Both the position numbers and the translations under genes were made by a program. From Octopus sinensis (lineage: Eukaryota), in assembly GCF_006345805.1 (NCBI RefSeq), contig NC_042999.1:132184001-132248000 (forward strand): a stretch of DNA of 64,000 nucleotides, written 5' to 3'. Under the pieces are notes generated by a model. The model searched no databases. It was not told where the DNA came from and worked only from the letters and a program-made list of their open reading frames with translations. Of the stretch, positions 51,498-62,990 are shown one piece after another (within the stretch, counting starts at the first letter, position 1; each line of letters starts with the position of its first letter).

Positions 51498-51544
51498 TGT
51501 ATGCATGTATATAGGTATTTGTGTTTGTGTATGCATGTATATAG

Positions 51545-51745
51545 GTGTTTGGCCCCCCCCCCCCACTATCGCTTGACAACCGATGCTGGTGTGTTTACGT
51601 CCCTGTCACTTAGCAGATCGGCAAAAGAGATTGATAGAATAAGTACTAAGTTTACAAAGAATAAGTCTTGGGGTCGATTTATTCGACTAAAGGCGGTGCT
51701 CCAGCATGGCCGCAATCAAATTATTGAAACAAGTAAAAGAATAAA
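51545..51745 (+). mobile_element. Family A SINE 3' half (a head fragment in opposite orientation lies at about 51245-51295)
   Basis: cgcttgacaaccgatgctggtgtgtttacgtccc...aaacaagtaaaagaataaaa. Confidence 0.85.
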
Positions 51746-54434
51746 ATATATAGGAGACCTATACACTATGTTATGTGTTTACACGTTTGTGTGAGCGTGC
51801 GCATAACTACCAACTGGGGATACAAGAATATATCATGTGTTAATGATATGTACCTATCTCTTCATGTATTTTAAATGAGAGACAAATGTAACTATCATTT
51901 ATATCAGAGCGCCAAATATGTAGTGCCAACACCAGTTCTGATGATGTCATTATAATTATTAGTATTATTTGATAGTCGTCGATCGCCATCGTATCTTGTT
52001 CAAATTTGACTTCTCTCAAGAAGAGAAGAAAGACATCTAGGTATAGTGAATGAGAAAGCACATTTTCTCTATTATATGCATAAAGCCTTAATTATAGAAG
52101 GGCCACCACAAGCATAGTGAAAGACTCCTTATACGTGACAGCTGCGTGCTTGCCAAGAGTATGTGCACGAACCACGAAGAATCACGTGTAGTGAATTCAT
52201 CGCGGTTATAATGGCACTTCGTTTTAAACCCGGGCCTTCTTGGCTTTGAAGGTAGTAGTAGTAGAAGTATTTTTGTTAACGGTAAGTCGTGGTGGTAGTG
52301 GTCATGACTGGTGAGGATGACGTTGGTGTGTTTGTGGAGATTGTGTGGTAGCGGTATTGTTAGTTATAGTTGTTTAATCCCAGTTCCTTCAACCTATTAT
52401 CAAAAAAGCATTCCAGCTGTGTCCGTACATATATTTAAGAGTTTTGTTTTTTTTTAGTTCTTTTTTATGCACCCATAGCTATATTATCTAATGTATACTG
52501 ATATTGCTAAATTTCTTTCAACCATTTGAAGTATTTCAAATTTTCAGATTTTTTTTACATGTAGTATGTAGTCTTTTTGCGTACTGATAACAAAATCCCA
52601 CGTTCTTTTCTCAAGAAATTAATAATAATCCTTTCTATTATAGGCACACGGTCTGAAATTTTAGGGAAAGAGACTAGTCGATTACATCGATTCCAGTGCT
52701 AGACTGGTACTTGCTTTATCGACCCCAAAAGGATGAAAGGCGAAGTCGTCCTCGGCGGAATTTGAACATGCCAAACGGCATATCTAGCGGCATTTCGTCC
52801 GGCGTTTTAACAATTCTGCCGTCTAGTTACAAACATTTAAAGTTATGCAATTTTAGGCAATCTGAAAGCCTTCAATCTGGTGAAAACTTGAAATAAATTT
52901 AGCAAGATCCATTTGTTCTTCCTATAACAGCAGCGTGTATTTCGAGTAGAGATTCAGCTGCTATTTGTAGCAAGTCGATTCTATAAAGAAGTGCTCCTCG
53001 GGAAGTTGGTAGGGGGTGGAATGCCCTAATTTTCAAAAATGTTTTCAGTTTTTATTTTGTATACATCACCTGTTTTGGCATTCCTCATATCGAGGAATTA
53101 TGAGCGAGTAGTCTTTTCATGGCGCTCAACCTGTCGGCAGTAATTTTTTTGTGGTATATTTAATTTTGTTAAATCGTAACGAGGCAGGGAGGAGCGTAGA
53201 TTTTGTTTCAGTAAAAGAAAACAGGGTCGATGGTTTTAAAAAAGATGTCAGAGGCTCCTTCGCTGGTTTGTTGGAAGTGTGGTAGTGTTGTTACCGTCAA
53301 TATTGCTGATATTCACTGTTGTTGATGATGATTAGTCCAGGTAAGCCCAGATTGAACATTCCAACGATGACCGTCACGTCTTTTTTGTATATTGTGGAAT
53401 AAATCCCTTAGGATGTGAGTGGAGCTACATCTGGCTGTTATTTTTAGCAGGCTGAACGGTTGAATAAAGGCTCTCGATAGGTCATATTGTTTGTGATTTG
53501 TGTTCTTCTTTTAGTGCTGTTATAGTTTAACTTTAACCCCGACTGAACAGATTTATAATCAAAGGCCTTCCCACTAGGTCCGTCGCAAATGATCGAAAGT
53601 GTTGTATATCTGCTAGAAGTAGCAATCAAATCTCCCTCAAATTAATCTTTCGTTATTACTACACAATGTTGTATATATTTGTGTGCGTTATTATTGCTGT
53701 TTATGTTATTTAGCCCGTAGTCAGCCCTAATTAGACAGACCTATAATGAAAGCTTTGACCGTCTTGTCTTTTTGTACAATTAAGACTGTATTGCCCAATA
53801 TTGTGAATCCTTCCTGTTTTAAGACAATAGTATGTAGTATGAGATAATTTGACTGTTGTTTCTAGTGGGTCAGACGATCGTATAGAAGAGAGCTCTAACG
53901 GTGTAGATTGCTGTTTATGCTGTTATTTATATAAATTTAACCCTGAGTCAACTCTTGATTAAATAGACATGATAAAAAGTATTTCAGCCGTGATCACCCC
54001 TTCTTTTCTCTTGCTCAGCGAAATCAGTACATCATAAAATGTCTCCTTTTTTTAAGACAGTAATGATATATTTTGAGGGAGATTTGGCTGCTATTGATAT
54101 CATTTCGAGAAACTACGTGTTGTTACCACCGTTCTCATTTATTTATTGCTTTTCTTAAGTACGAGGCTTTCCAGCTGTGACCATCCCAACTTATTCACTT
54201 ACATGGTGCAATAAGTCTTTTCTATTTTTTTTTTAGATAGTGGGGTATGATTTAAAAGATATTTGGTTTCTATTTCTAGCATATCGGGCGTAATTTGAGG
54301 GAGATTTGTCCACTATTAACAGCAGGTCGACAGATTACCATTATTTAATTTTAGCTTTTGTTTAATCTGAGACGTTCCAGGTGTGACCATCTCATTTACC
54401 TATATGATGCAATGAGTCTTTCCTTTCTTTCTTT

Positions 54435-54497
<63 letters not shown>

Positions 54498-55172
54498 TCA
54501 GGGTCGATAAAATGCGTACCAGTTGAGCACTGGAATCGATGTAATCGATTATCCCCCTCCTCCAAAATTTCAGGCCTTGTGCCTATAATAAAAGATTATT
54601 ATTATCGTTGTTGTTGTTATCATTATCATCATCATTATTATTGTTGTTGTTGTCAAGTACTGGGGTCGATGTGATCGATTGTCATCCTCCCCACAAAAAT
54701 CCAGGCCTTGTGCTTATAGTAGAAAGGATTAATATTATTATTATCATCATTATTATTATTTTAGACCACACGACAGGGTGTGATTTAGGAGAGATTTGGT
54801 TCCTATCTCTAGCATATCGAGTGACCACCTAGAGGCTTCCTTCTTAGCCTGTGATTCTCATTGCTGATGCTGTTCTCGTTATAATGTGCATATGCGACTG
54901 ACAACCCAACCTACCGTGCCTGCTACGTTCCCTCAGCAACCAAGGGAAATTAATCGAACATTATAAATGGCTTTCGCATTAGCCCAACCTAATCGTAATC
55001 GATCTTTTTCTCAAGCTGCTACTGGAAGGAATGCGGTTTAACCGAAGGATCTTTTTTCATAGCGAAGTTAAATGTATATTTATTATTTATTATACGTTGG
55101 ATTATAACGGCTTACTAATTTAACCTCATTCATGTACACCGTGTAGGTACATGCATGCATGCATGTATGTAT

Positions 55173-55240
<68 letters not shown>

Positions 55241-55443
55241 TATATATATATACCGGAGTAAACACATAAATGTGAAACAAGGTGGAAAAAAGAGTACTCA
55301 AATACCAGTGGTAGAGTAATATACTTTATTTAAAGCAGCAGAAAATTCAACAAAATCTGTTACTCTGAGTTTCTCGTTGCCGTTCATCAGACAGTTTTTG
55401 CTAGCAAAAACTGTTTGTTGAATTTTCTGCTGCTTTAAATAAA

Positions 55444-55488
<45 letters not shown>

Positions 55489-56209
55489 CCATATATATAT
55501 ATTCTTTTATTCTTTTACTTACTTCAGTCATCTAACTGTGGCCATGCTGGAGCACCGTCTTTATACACACACGCACACACATCTTTATATACTTTAACCT
55601 GTTTTAGACATTAGACAGTGGCCATGCTGGGGCGTCGCCTTGAAGGGTTTAGTCGAACGAATCAACCCCAGTGCTTATTTTATTAAAAGCTGCTACTGGC
55701 GATCTTTCGTTTGTAGTAGCACGTTTCCGTCGATGATTTCCGTAAAAAACTTTTCCCTCGTCATAAAATCGCTTCCTCTTAGTCTCTTTTGCTCTCATTA
55801 CTTCAAATGTTCCCGCAAGCCCATATGTAAAAAAATAATAATTTTTTACGGAAATCATCGACGGAAACGTGCTACTACAAACGAAAGATCGCCCTGCTAC
55901 TTAATCTATCCGTAGATTTTGACGAACAGCTAGCTTACGGGGTCGTAAACAAATCAGCCCAGTTGTCAGAGAACAAACACAGTCACAAACAAATCACACT
56001 GAGACATACATACATACATACGTATGTATATACATACATACGCACGCACACACACACACATTTATATATACCTATATCATCATATATGTCCGTCTTCCAT
56101 GCTGGCATGGGTTGGATGGTTTGACATGGTTCAACGCTCCAAAAGACTGTCCAGCTTCACTGTTTACTTTGATATGCTTTCAGTGCCTGAATGTTCTTCC
56201 TAACATGAA

Positions 56210-56515
56210 GGCGCGTGGCTCAGTGGTTAGAGTATTCAGCTCATGATCATAAGGTCATGAGTTCAATTCCCAGTGATACATTGTGTCCTTGAGCAAGACA
56301 CTTTATTTCACGTTGCTCCAGTCCACTCAGCTGACAAAAATGAGTAGCACTTGTATTTCAAAGGGCCAGCAATGTCACATTCTATGTCACACTGAATCTC
56401 TCTGAGAACTACATTAAAGGTATGCTTGCCTGTGGAGCGCTCAGCCATTTGCATGTTAATTTCACAAGCAAATCTATTTACTGGAATCCTTGTCTTCGTA
56501 ACCGACGGAGTGCCA
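56210..56515 (+). mobile_element. tRNA-derived CORE-type SINE (family C), second copy
   Basis: Colinear with 468-786 (A/B boxes, ttgtgtccttgagcaagacactttatttcacgttgctccagtccactcagctg). Confidence 0.85.
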
Positions 56516-56539
56516 GACTCTTCTTAATACCAATCATTT

Positions 56540-57560
56540 TACAGAGTACTAATTTCCTGGAGCATCTCAGGTAACATGGTTATAGTATAGTATAGTATAA
56601 TAAAACAAGAGGGTAATGCCGCCAGCAGAAGAGGTTAGCAAAGTAAAGGAGTGGGGTGAATTCAGTATTTCATCGTCAGAATGTTTTTTTGGGGGTCACT
56701 GGCGCAATTGAGTATCTTGCAAGACAAAGACAAAAGCCTCAATTGAATGAGATTGTAGTCAAGAGTGGTGTGGCTTTATGCCAACTGTTAAAAAAATGAA
56801 TTAGAAGAATAGTCACAGGTGTGTTTGCTATAGAGGAGATTCGTGGTTCTTCCACGTCATATAAGGGTGAATTAGAGTAACTGGTAAAAAGACTATATTG
56901 GTGGTGACGAGGTGTCAGAGTGTTCTCTCAGGATACAAGGTGGGTATAAGAGAATATGGCCGAAGAATCGGGAAGGGTGGGTGGATAAGTTTATTAGGGT
57001 GTGAGAAAAGAGTGACAAATGGTAAATTATGCATGTAGAGCTGAATGTCGTGAATGGAATACGGGTGAAGGTGTGGTCAATAGTAAATATCAGTAAGGTG
57101 TGTGTGTGGTGGGGGTAGGTGAAAGAATGGGAGTGGCTCAAGAAGGAGAAGGTGATAAGTGACTGTACAAGAAGGGTGAGAGCAACAGTAACAAAACCAC
57201 TTCATGGATTGGAAAATGTGAAACTGTTATGCAGGGTGAGAGAGAAGGGGTGTACTGTGACAAATGGCCGTCAGAGGTAAAAAGGGATGGCTACAGAGAA
57301 TGGGGATCAAAGGTGGGGGGGGGTTCAACAGATGTGACAGGTTGTTGCGAAAGAAAACAGATAAAAACAAGGTGTTCAAGATAAAGTAATAATTGTCTTA
57401 AGATGTATCTCAGGGGGATGCAGAAAGTGGAGATCAGTAGAAAATAAAGTGGAAAGGGATGATATTGGGAATGGGGGATGGATTTTTTAAAAGGGGGTTA
57501 ATTTGAGGTTTAAGGGATACCATGTGTAAATTTGCTTATCATCAGTAAAATAAGAACAAG
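56540..57560 (-). mobile_element. Possible highly decayed Penelope-like 3' region
   Basis: Pyrimidine-rich minus strand and a weak W..KATP...FCLCL..YSI resemblance to the PLE GIY-YIG end. Confidence 0.3.
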
Positions 57561-57687
57561 GACAAAACAGCAATACTATGGATAGAACAACATACCAGCT
57601 GAATATATCAATCCAGCAGGATTTCAAATGAATTTTTTTAAATCCATCAATTCTTCATTGTTACAAGGAATTTTTTGTCAGAATATA

Positions 57688-58221
57688 CAGTGTGTCCCAG
57701 AATTGATTATCGATTTCAATGAAATTGGGCAAATTAAAAAAAGAAACTGACAATTTTATGTTTATTACTTAATTATGCATACCAAAACAAATAAATTTAT
57801 AAATCTTACATCAAGGCTTTATTGAAAATTTTCAACATGTTCTCCGTCTGTATCCCTTCAAATTCCAAATCTATCCATAGCGATGCGAAACACATTTTGA
57901 AGTATTTCAGCAGTTTTCTCTTGCACTATTAAATGAATGCATTTTTTAAGTTCAGCTAAACTAATGTTCCATCCTGGGGAGGGAGGTAGAGAAAATGATT
58001 GCAACTGAATGGAAAAAGTGCTTTCGTGAACAGATAAGTGGGATCCAACAGGAACGAAGATAAAATTAAAAAAAAAAAGATGTAAAAATTCTAAAATTAT
58101 AAACAAAATTTTAAATTTACACACTTTTAACACATATTGAACAGGATAAACATGAATAAAAGTGAGTTTTTAAACAAAAATTCTCCGAGTTCACTGAATT
58201 AGTTAATTCTAGAAAACCCTG
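57688..58221 (-). mobile_element. Internally deleted Tc1/mariner-superfamily element
   Basis: TA-flanked TIRs cagtgtgtcccagaatt / aattctagaaaaccctg; residual C-terminal coding LAELKKCI...VFRIAMDRF...GEHVE. Confidence 0.75.
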
Positions 58222-58503
58222 TATATAGTCCCAAAAGCTTGTAAGTTCACATGAGAATGTATAGCCACAGTATATGTAAGTTATGAATAATTATTGTTAC
58301 AAATGAAAATTTATAATCGGGAAAATGAAATTTTCGAATATATTCACAAAAAAACGTTCTTTGCAATTTTAGACAGGGTATTTAGAATTAGTATGTAGAG
58401 CTGAATGTCTTACATCAATGCTTAAAGCATTAAGCACATTCATATTTAAATCTTTTTTATTACAGGTATTATTTCGTATATATATATGTATTAATATATA
58501 TAT

Positions 58504-58834
58504 GGAAGCCAGTCAAGGCAGCGCTGGCATCGGCCACGAAGCACCATCCGAATCGTGGCCGATGCCAGCGCCACCTTGACTGGCTTCCGTGCCGGTGACA
58601 CGTAACATGCACCAATCCGATCGTGGTCGTTGCCAGCCTCGCCTGGCACCTGTGCAGGTGGCACGTAAAAAGCACCCACTACACTCATGGAGTATTTGGT
58701 GTTAGGAAGGGCATCCAGCTGTAGAAACACTGCCAGATCAGACTGGAGTTTGGTGCAGCCTTCTGGCTTCCCAGATCCCCGGTCGAACCGTCCAACCCAT
58801 GCTAGCATGGAGAACGGACGTTAAACGATGATGA
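58504..58834 (+). mobile_element. SINE-like 3' region with RTE-type gatgatgat tail and a strong hairpin
   Basis: Ends gcatggagaacggacgttaaacgatgatgat; a related fragment lies on the minus strand near 56085-56130. Confidence 0.65.
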
Positions 58835-59412
58835 TATATATATTGACATCATTACAACTTATTTTCTTGTTCCTTGATATAAGTGAAATATACAACTAAA
58901 TTCATTTCATGTTTAAAAATAGTTGTCCTGAAGATGATCTGTTTAACCGAAATGCTGAAAATAGAACAGAAAGGAAGAAAAAAATATCCAGATAATTAAT
59001 TTTTGAGATGGCTTTTATTCCTTAGAATATCAAATAATATTTATAGCTTTCTTTTGATCGGGATACAAAGATACTAGAATTTTGGGAAGACAATTTATAG
59101 TGTTTGCTGTCTTTCACAAGAGCATTAGCAATATAAGCCGCGATTTGAAATCATTGAAACTGACTCACTTCAAGCGTATATAATGGTTCACTGTTGAATT
59201 TAAGAAACACAATTGAAGAATTCCAGGAATTTGTATTTTTTAAGTAATTTCTTTGCTTCTATTGGCTTCTTTAAAACCGCCAAAGCAATCGAATCGAATC
59301 TTATCAAAGAAAAACTGGAAAATTTGAATATCCATTATATAAATACCGTATTTTGCAGTATGGTTGACGCTGCACTGTGGAAGAGGCTCCTTGATTTTGG
59401 AAATGTAATTGT

Positions 59413-59781
59413 ATCTTTTACTTGTTTCAGTCATTAGACAGCGACCATACTGGGGCACCGCCACGACAAATTTTTTGCTGAATTAATCGACCCCAGTACT
59501 TATTTTCTCTTTTAAGCCTGGTACTTATTCTATCGGTTTCTTTTTGCCGAACTGCTAAGTTATGGGGACATAAACACACCAGCACCAGTTGTCAAACGAT
59601 GGTGATGCACACACACACACGTGACGGTACTTCTTTCAGTTTCTATTTACCAAATCCACTCACAAGGCTTTGGTCAGCCGGAAGCTATCATAGTAGATAC
59701 TTACTCAAGGTCCCACGCAGTGGCACTGAACCCGTACCCATGTGGTTATGAAGCAAGCTTCTTACCACACAACCACACCTG
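59413..59781 (-). mobile_element. Full-length diverged family A SINE
   Basis: Reverse-complement colinear with 17292-17718. Confidence 0.85.
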
Positions 59782-60005
59782 AAAAGAAAAAAGATTTACT
59801 TATCAAACTCTAAATCCATGTTCAAGCAAGCTTGGCAGGTTCATGCTAAATGTCTGTTATTAGATAAAATTGACAGGGAAATCAGTGGATTGCTCATGTC
59901 TGTTGTAGAGCAAAATCCCTAGATAGTGGCCACCTACCTGGTGGTCTGCCTCATGTATTATTGAAGTACACACATATGTCATTCGACACACCATGGTGAT
60001 AGTAT

Positions 60006-60580
60006 CTTGACCGCTAGCAAAATTTTTTTCGCGTGAGAGTTCCGAGCCCCAGTTATGATGAACTCATTTGCCTACAGCCAATCAGAGTTCAACTATCAAA
60101 CTAATGAGCGCATAACAAGTGATAGGCAATAAGATAAGGTCACTTGGATAAGGAATGACCATGCTTCTTTTCTCTTTTAACAATGCTTGTTGTTCTTGCA
60201 CTTGTTTCAACCATGGCTGCCTCTGCGTAGTTGTGTTGTTGTTTACTTTGTAAAACAATGAGGGAAGAGGGTTGCTAGCACATCACCATCTACCCACATT
60301 TTTCCCATCTGCATCTTTACCATATGGGATCCTAACAAAATCTGATAATAAGTATAGATGCAAATCTATCTAATAACTTGTCTCCTTCTAAAATCAGGCA
60401 TAACTTGGTGATCGTTCGACTTACAACACCATTCTTCGTCTTGAGTTTACTTGGCAGAGTGTGTTTGTTAGCTTGATAACAAGGTCAAGGTGAGCTCTGA
60501 TTGGCTGTATGCAAATGAGTTCATTACTGGGGTCCGGAACACTTGTGGGAAAAAGATTTGCCACCTGCTAAAACTGGTCA
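60006..60580. mobile_element. Foldback element with about 90-bp diverged inverted arms
   Basis: ccccagttatgatgaactcatttgcctacagccaatcagag is inverted against ctctgattggctgtatgcaaatgagttcattactgggg. Confidence 0.75.
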
Positions 60581-60837
60581 CCTACCAGCAACTAATAACC
60601 GACTCCGACTGACAGCAACCACCTCGTGTTTGCCACAACATAATGCCAGATGTTCCACGAGCCTTAACCGACATCAGTCATCTATCTAGTGTTAGATTAT
60701 CAATTTCTAATGAGGAATCTGTGAAAGAAGTGGAAATCTTTTATAAAACACTCCTTTTCTACTTATCTAACGGATTGTAGTGTTTACAATTCTTTGCTTT
60801 TTGGTTTTATCCGCATGACAATAATGAAAATGAAAAA

Positions 60838-61329
60838 AAGAGGCATCGAAGGGGGTGATGCATACCCTGCATGCAGATACATTTTTTCGCGAATTATACT
60901 GTGGCTTACAATGCATTGCTTACCCATGCTTTTTAATTGAACTGAATTAAGCTTTGTAAGTATTTGACTAAACTTACTTATGGGGAAATTTGTAAGTTCG
61001 ATGTTTTATTTATTTATTTTTTTAAAGTATCACCATTATAGGAATTTATACTCTGGTGAAATAAGAAATCAACTTGTAAATAAATGAAATCCTTGAATCC
61101 ATCACTGAACACACACACACACACACACAGTTGCATATCTATGTATGCATTTATGTATGTTTGAAGATAATCAAACCAAATTTTCATCATTTCAAACTAC
61201 TCACTCAATGAGTATTTCTACCAAATTTGGTGAAAATCCGTTCAGCCGTTTTCCAGTAATTTTGCAAACACACAGACAGACAAAGATGAGTGATTACAAT
61301 ACCCTGCTTTCGCCTACGCTCGCAGGGTA
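60838..61329 (+). mobile_element. DINE-1/HINE-like element, compact copy
   Basis: 5' ataccctgc subterminal repeat, cacagacagac stretch, 3' stem TACCCTGC/GCAGGGTA (61300-61329). Confidence 0.6.
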
Positions 61330-61559
61330 ATTATTTTCCATTCATAGAAGGTAAGCAAATATATATCAGCATTTATGTTTATTCTGACTAGTAAGGTGTA
61401 AAAATAAAAACGTAATTTGATAAAAAATCAGACAAATTAAAATTTCAGGTAAGTAAACAATAAAAAGAACAGGAGAAAAAAAGCTGTAAATCTCGAAAAA
61501 TCATGTCCAGTAAAACAGTGAAAAGCGTTTTATTCATCTTCTGATCCTGACATTTGAAG

Positions 61560-61610
61560 ATGAATTCATTGCCATACTCTAAGACATTGCAGAAGGAATC
61601 ATCCTTTAGT
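61560..61610 (+). CDS. Candidate internal exon of an unidentified gene (MNSLPYSKTLQKESSFS)
   Basis: AG acceptor at 61558-61559 (or an alternative at 61591-61592), open frame, perfect GTGAGT donor; phase 0 joins the next candidate exon. Confidence 0.35.
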
Positions 61611-62143
61611 GTGAGTTTCAACTGCCAGATACTCGATTAGGCACCACGAGTGAGACACTACAATTTCATGTTATTGATTTATAAACCGACCAATCAGCGC
61701 GAAACTGTGGTGTGACATGGCTTACTCAGATGTTCTACAATTTGTTTACTTGTTGCCTCATATAAGCCGATTGGGGCCTAATTCATGAAGCAAACTGATT
61801 CACACACCTCGGTTCTTGTCAAGCAAATGACCTCTGGCACTCAAGCAGACATCTTCGAACTTTTGTGCAGACAGACTGATTCTGGACATCCACACAATGT
61901 CTTATAAGTAGCTTCTATGGACGCAGCACGGTTTTTCTCTCCTCCCAGTCGGCAATTATTATTTTCATTGCAAATAGTGATTACCAAATATATTATACCC
62001 AGCAATACATATTAAAGGTCATGAGTTGCCTAAAATCTGTGTTTTTTTTTTTATGATTTCTTCTAAGAATAGCCGTTTCACTGGTACTATACAAAAATAA
62101 TGCTTCTTTTTATTCGCTTTTTTAAAATTCTTCTTTCCCACAG

Positions 62144-62160
62144 GCAAATCATCTCAGTAG
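62144..62160 (+). CDS. Candidate 17-nt microexon (ANHLS-R)
   Basis: Very strong polypyrimidine tract ending cttctttcccacag, donor TAG|GTGATG, phase 0 to 2. Confidence 0.35.
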
Positions 62161-62257
62161 GTGATGCTCCGAAGTTCCACTCTACTGCCATTCCCATGTA
62201 GCATATTGCACTACTTCAAGATTAAAATGTGTTGCTTTTCTTATGTCTCCTTGTTAG

Positions 62258-62300
62258 ACCTGCCAAAGATGAGGGAAATAATTCTGAAAATGGTTTGTGA
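62258..62300 (+). CDS. Candidate terminal coding exon (PAKDEGNNSENGL-stop), 3' UTR with AATAAA at 62353
   Basis: Acceptor gcttttcttatgtctccttgttag, phase 2 compatible, stop TGA at 62298-62300, downstream poly(A) signals. Confidence 0.4.
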
Positions 62301-62727
62301 CACCAGTGGAGTCTTGGTAGCGAGTGAACAACGTTCTATGCATTCAACTGAGAATAAAAAATAAAAATAAATAAAATCATGTTCATTGAGATCAGAAGCC
62401 AACCTTTCACAATTTCTCAATAGATGGTGCTGCTGTACCAATCTCATTAATAAACAAACAGCACAGCAGCAAAGGCAATGAAACTGCAGCAGAGTTTAAG
62501 AAAATATTTTTATTTACTGAGTAATTATAATTGTATTTACATCAACAATATTAAATAAATAAAATGTTTTCTTGGAATAGAAAATATTTGCAATAGCTAA
62601 GTAATGAAATAATATTTGTAAGGGGCTAATTTTAGTTAACTCAAAGGAAATCACAGCAAAAACTTTTCAACTAAGCATTGTAGAAGATGCATGGTAATTT
62701 TCAAGGTACTATTATTATTATTGTTAT

Positions 62728-62942
62728 TAAGGCAGTGAGCTGGCAGAATTGTTAGTATGCTGGACAAAATGATTAGCAGCATTTCGTCTGTCGCTCCGTT
62801 CTTAGTTCAAATTCCGCCGAGAATGACTTTGCTTTTCATCCCTTCAAGGTCAATTAATTAAGTACCAGTGAATTACTGAGGTCGATGTAATCATCTAGTC
62901 CCCTCCCCACAAATTTCAGGCCTTGTGCCTTCAGTAGAAAGG

Positions 62943-62990
<48 letters not shown>
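62728..62990 (+). mobile_element. Family B SINE with (TTA)n tail (partial copies near 1030-1195, 33070-33205, 39490-39680, 52630-52800, 54500-54745)
   Basis: ggcagtgagctggcagaa head, gttcaaattccgccgag B-box-like motif, tttcatcc...taagtaccag...aatttcaggccttgtgcc...agaaaggattatt 3' end recurring across the window. Confidence 0.8.

Noticed and set aside
52090-52380. GC-richer segment with T/H-rich open frames
   Set aside because: No convincing splice pair or recognisable domain on either strand.
58373-58465. 93-nt open AG...GT segment (TGYLELVCRAECLTSMLKALSTFIFKSFLLQ)
   Set aside because: Its phase does not join the next candidate without invoking weak donors; high risk of overfitting.
58930-58960. 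CTGAAGA...GAAATG motif (similar partials at 15755-15775, 51948, 57545)
   Set aside because: Stem I and/or stem II cannot form; too short to distinguish from chance.
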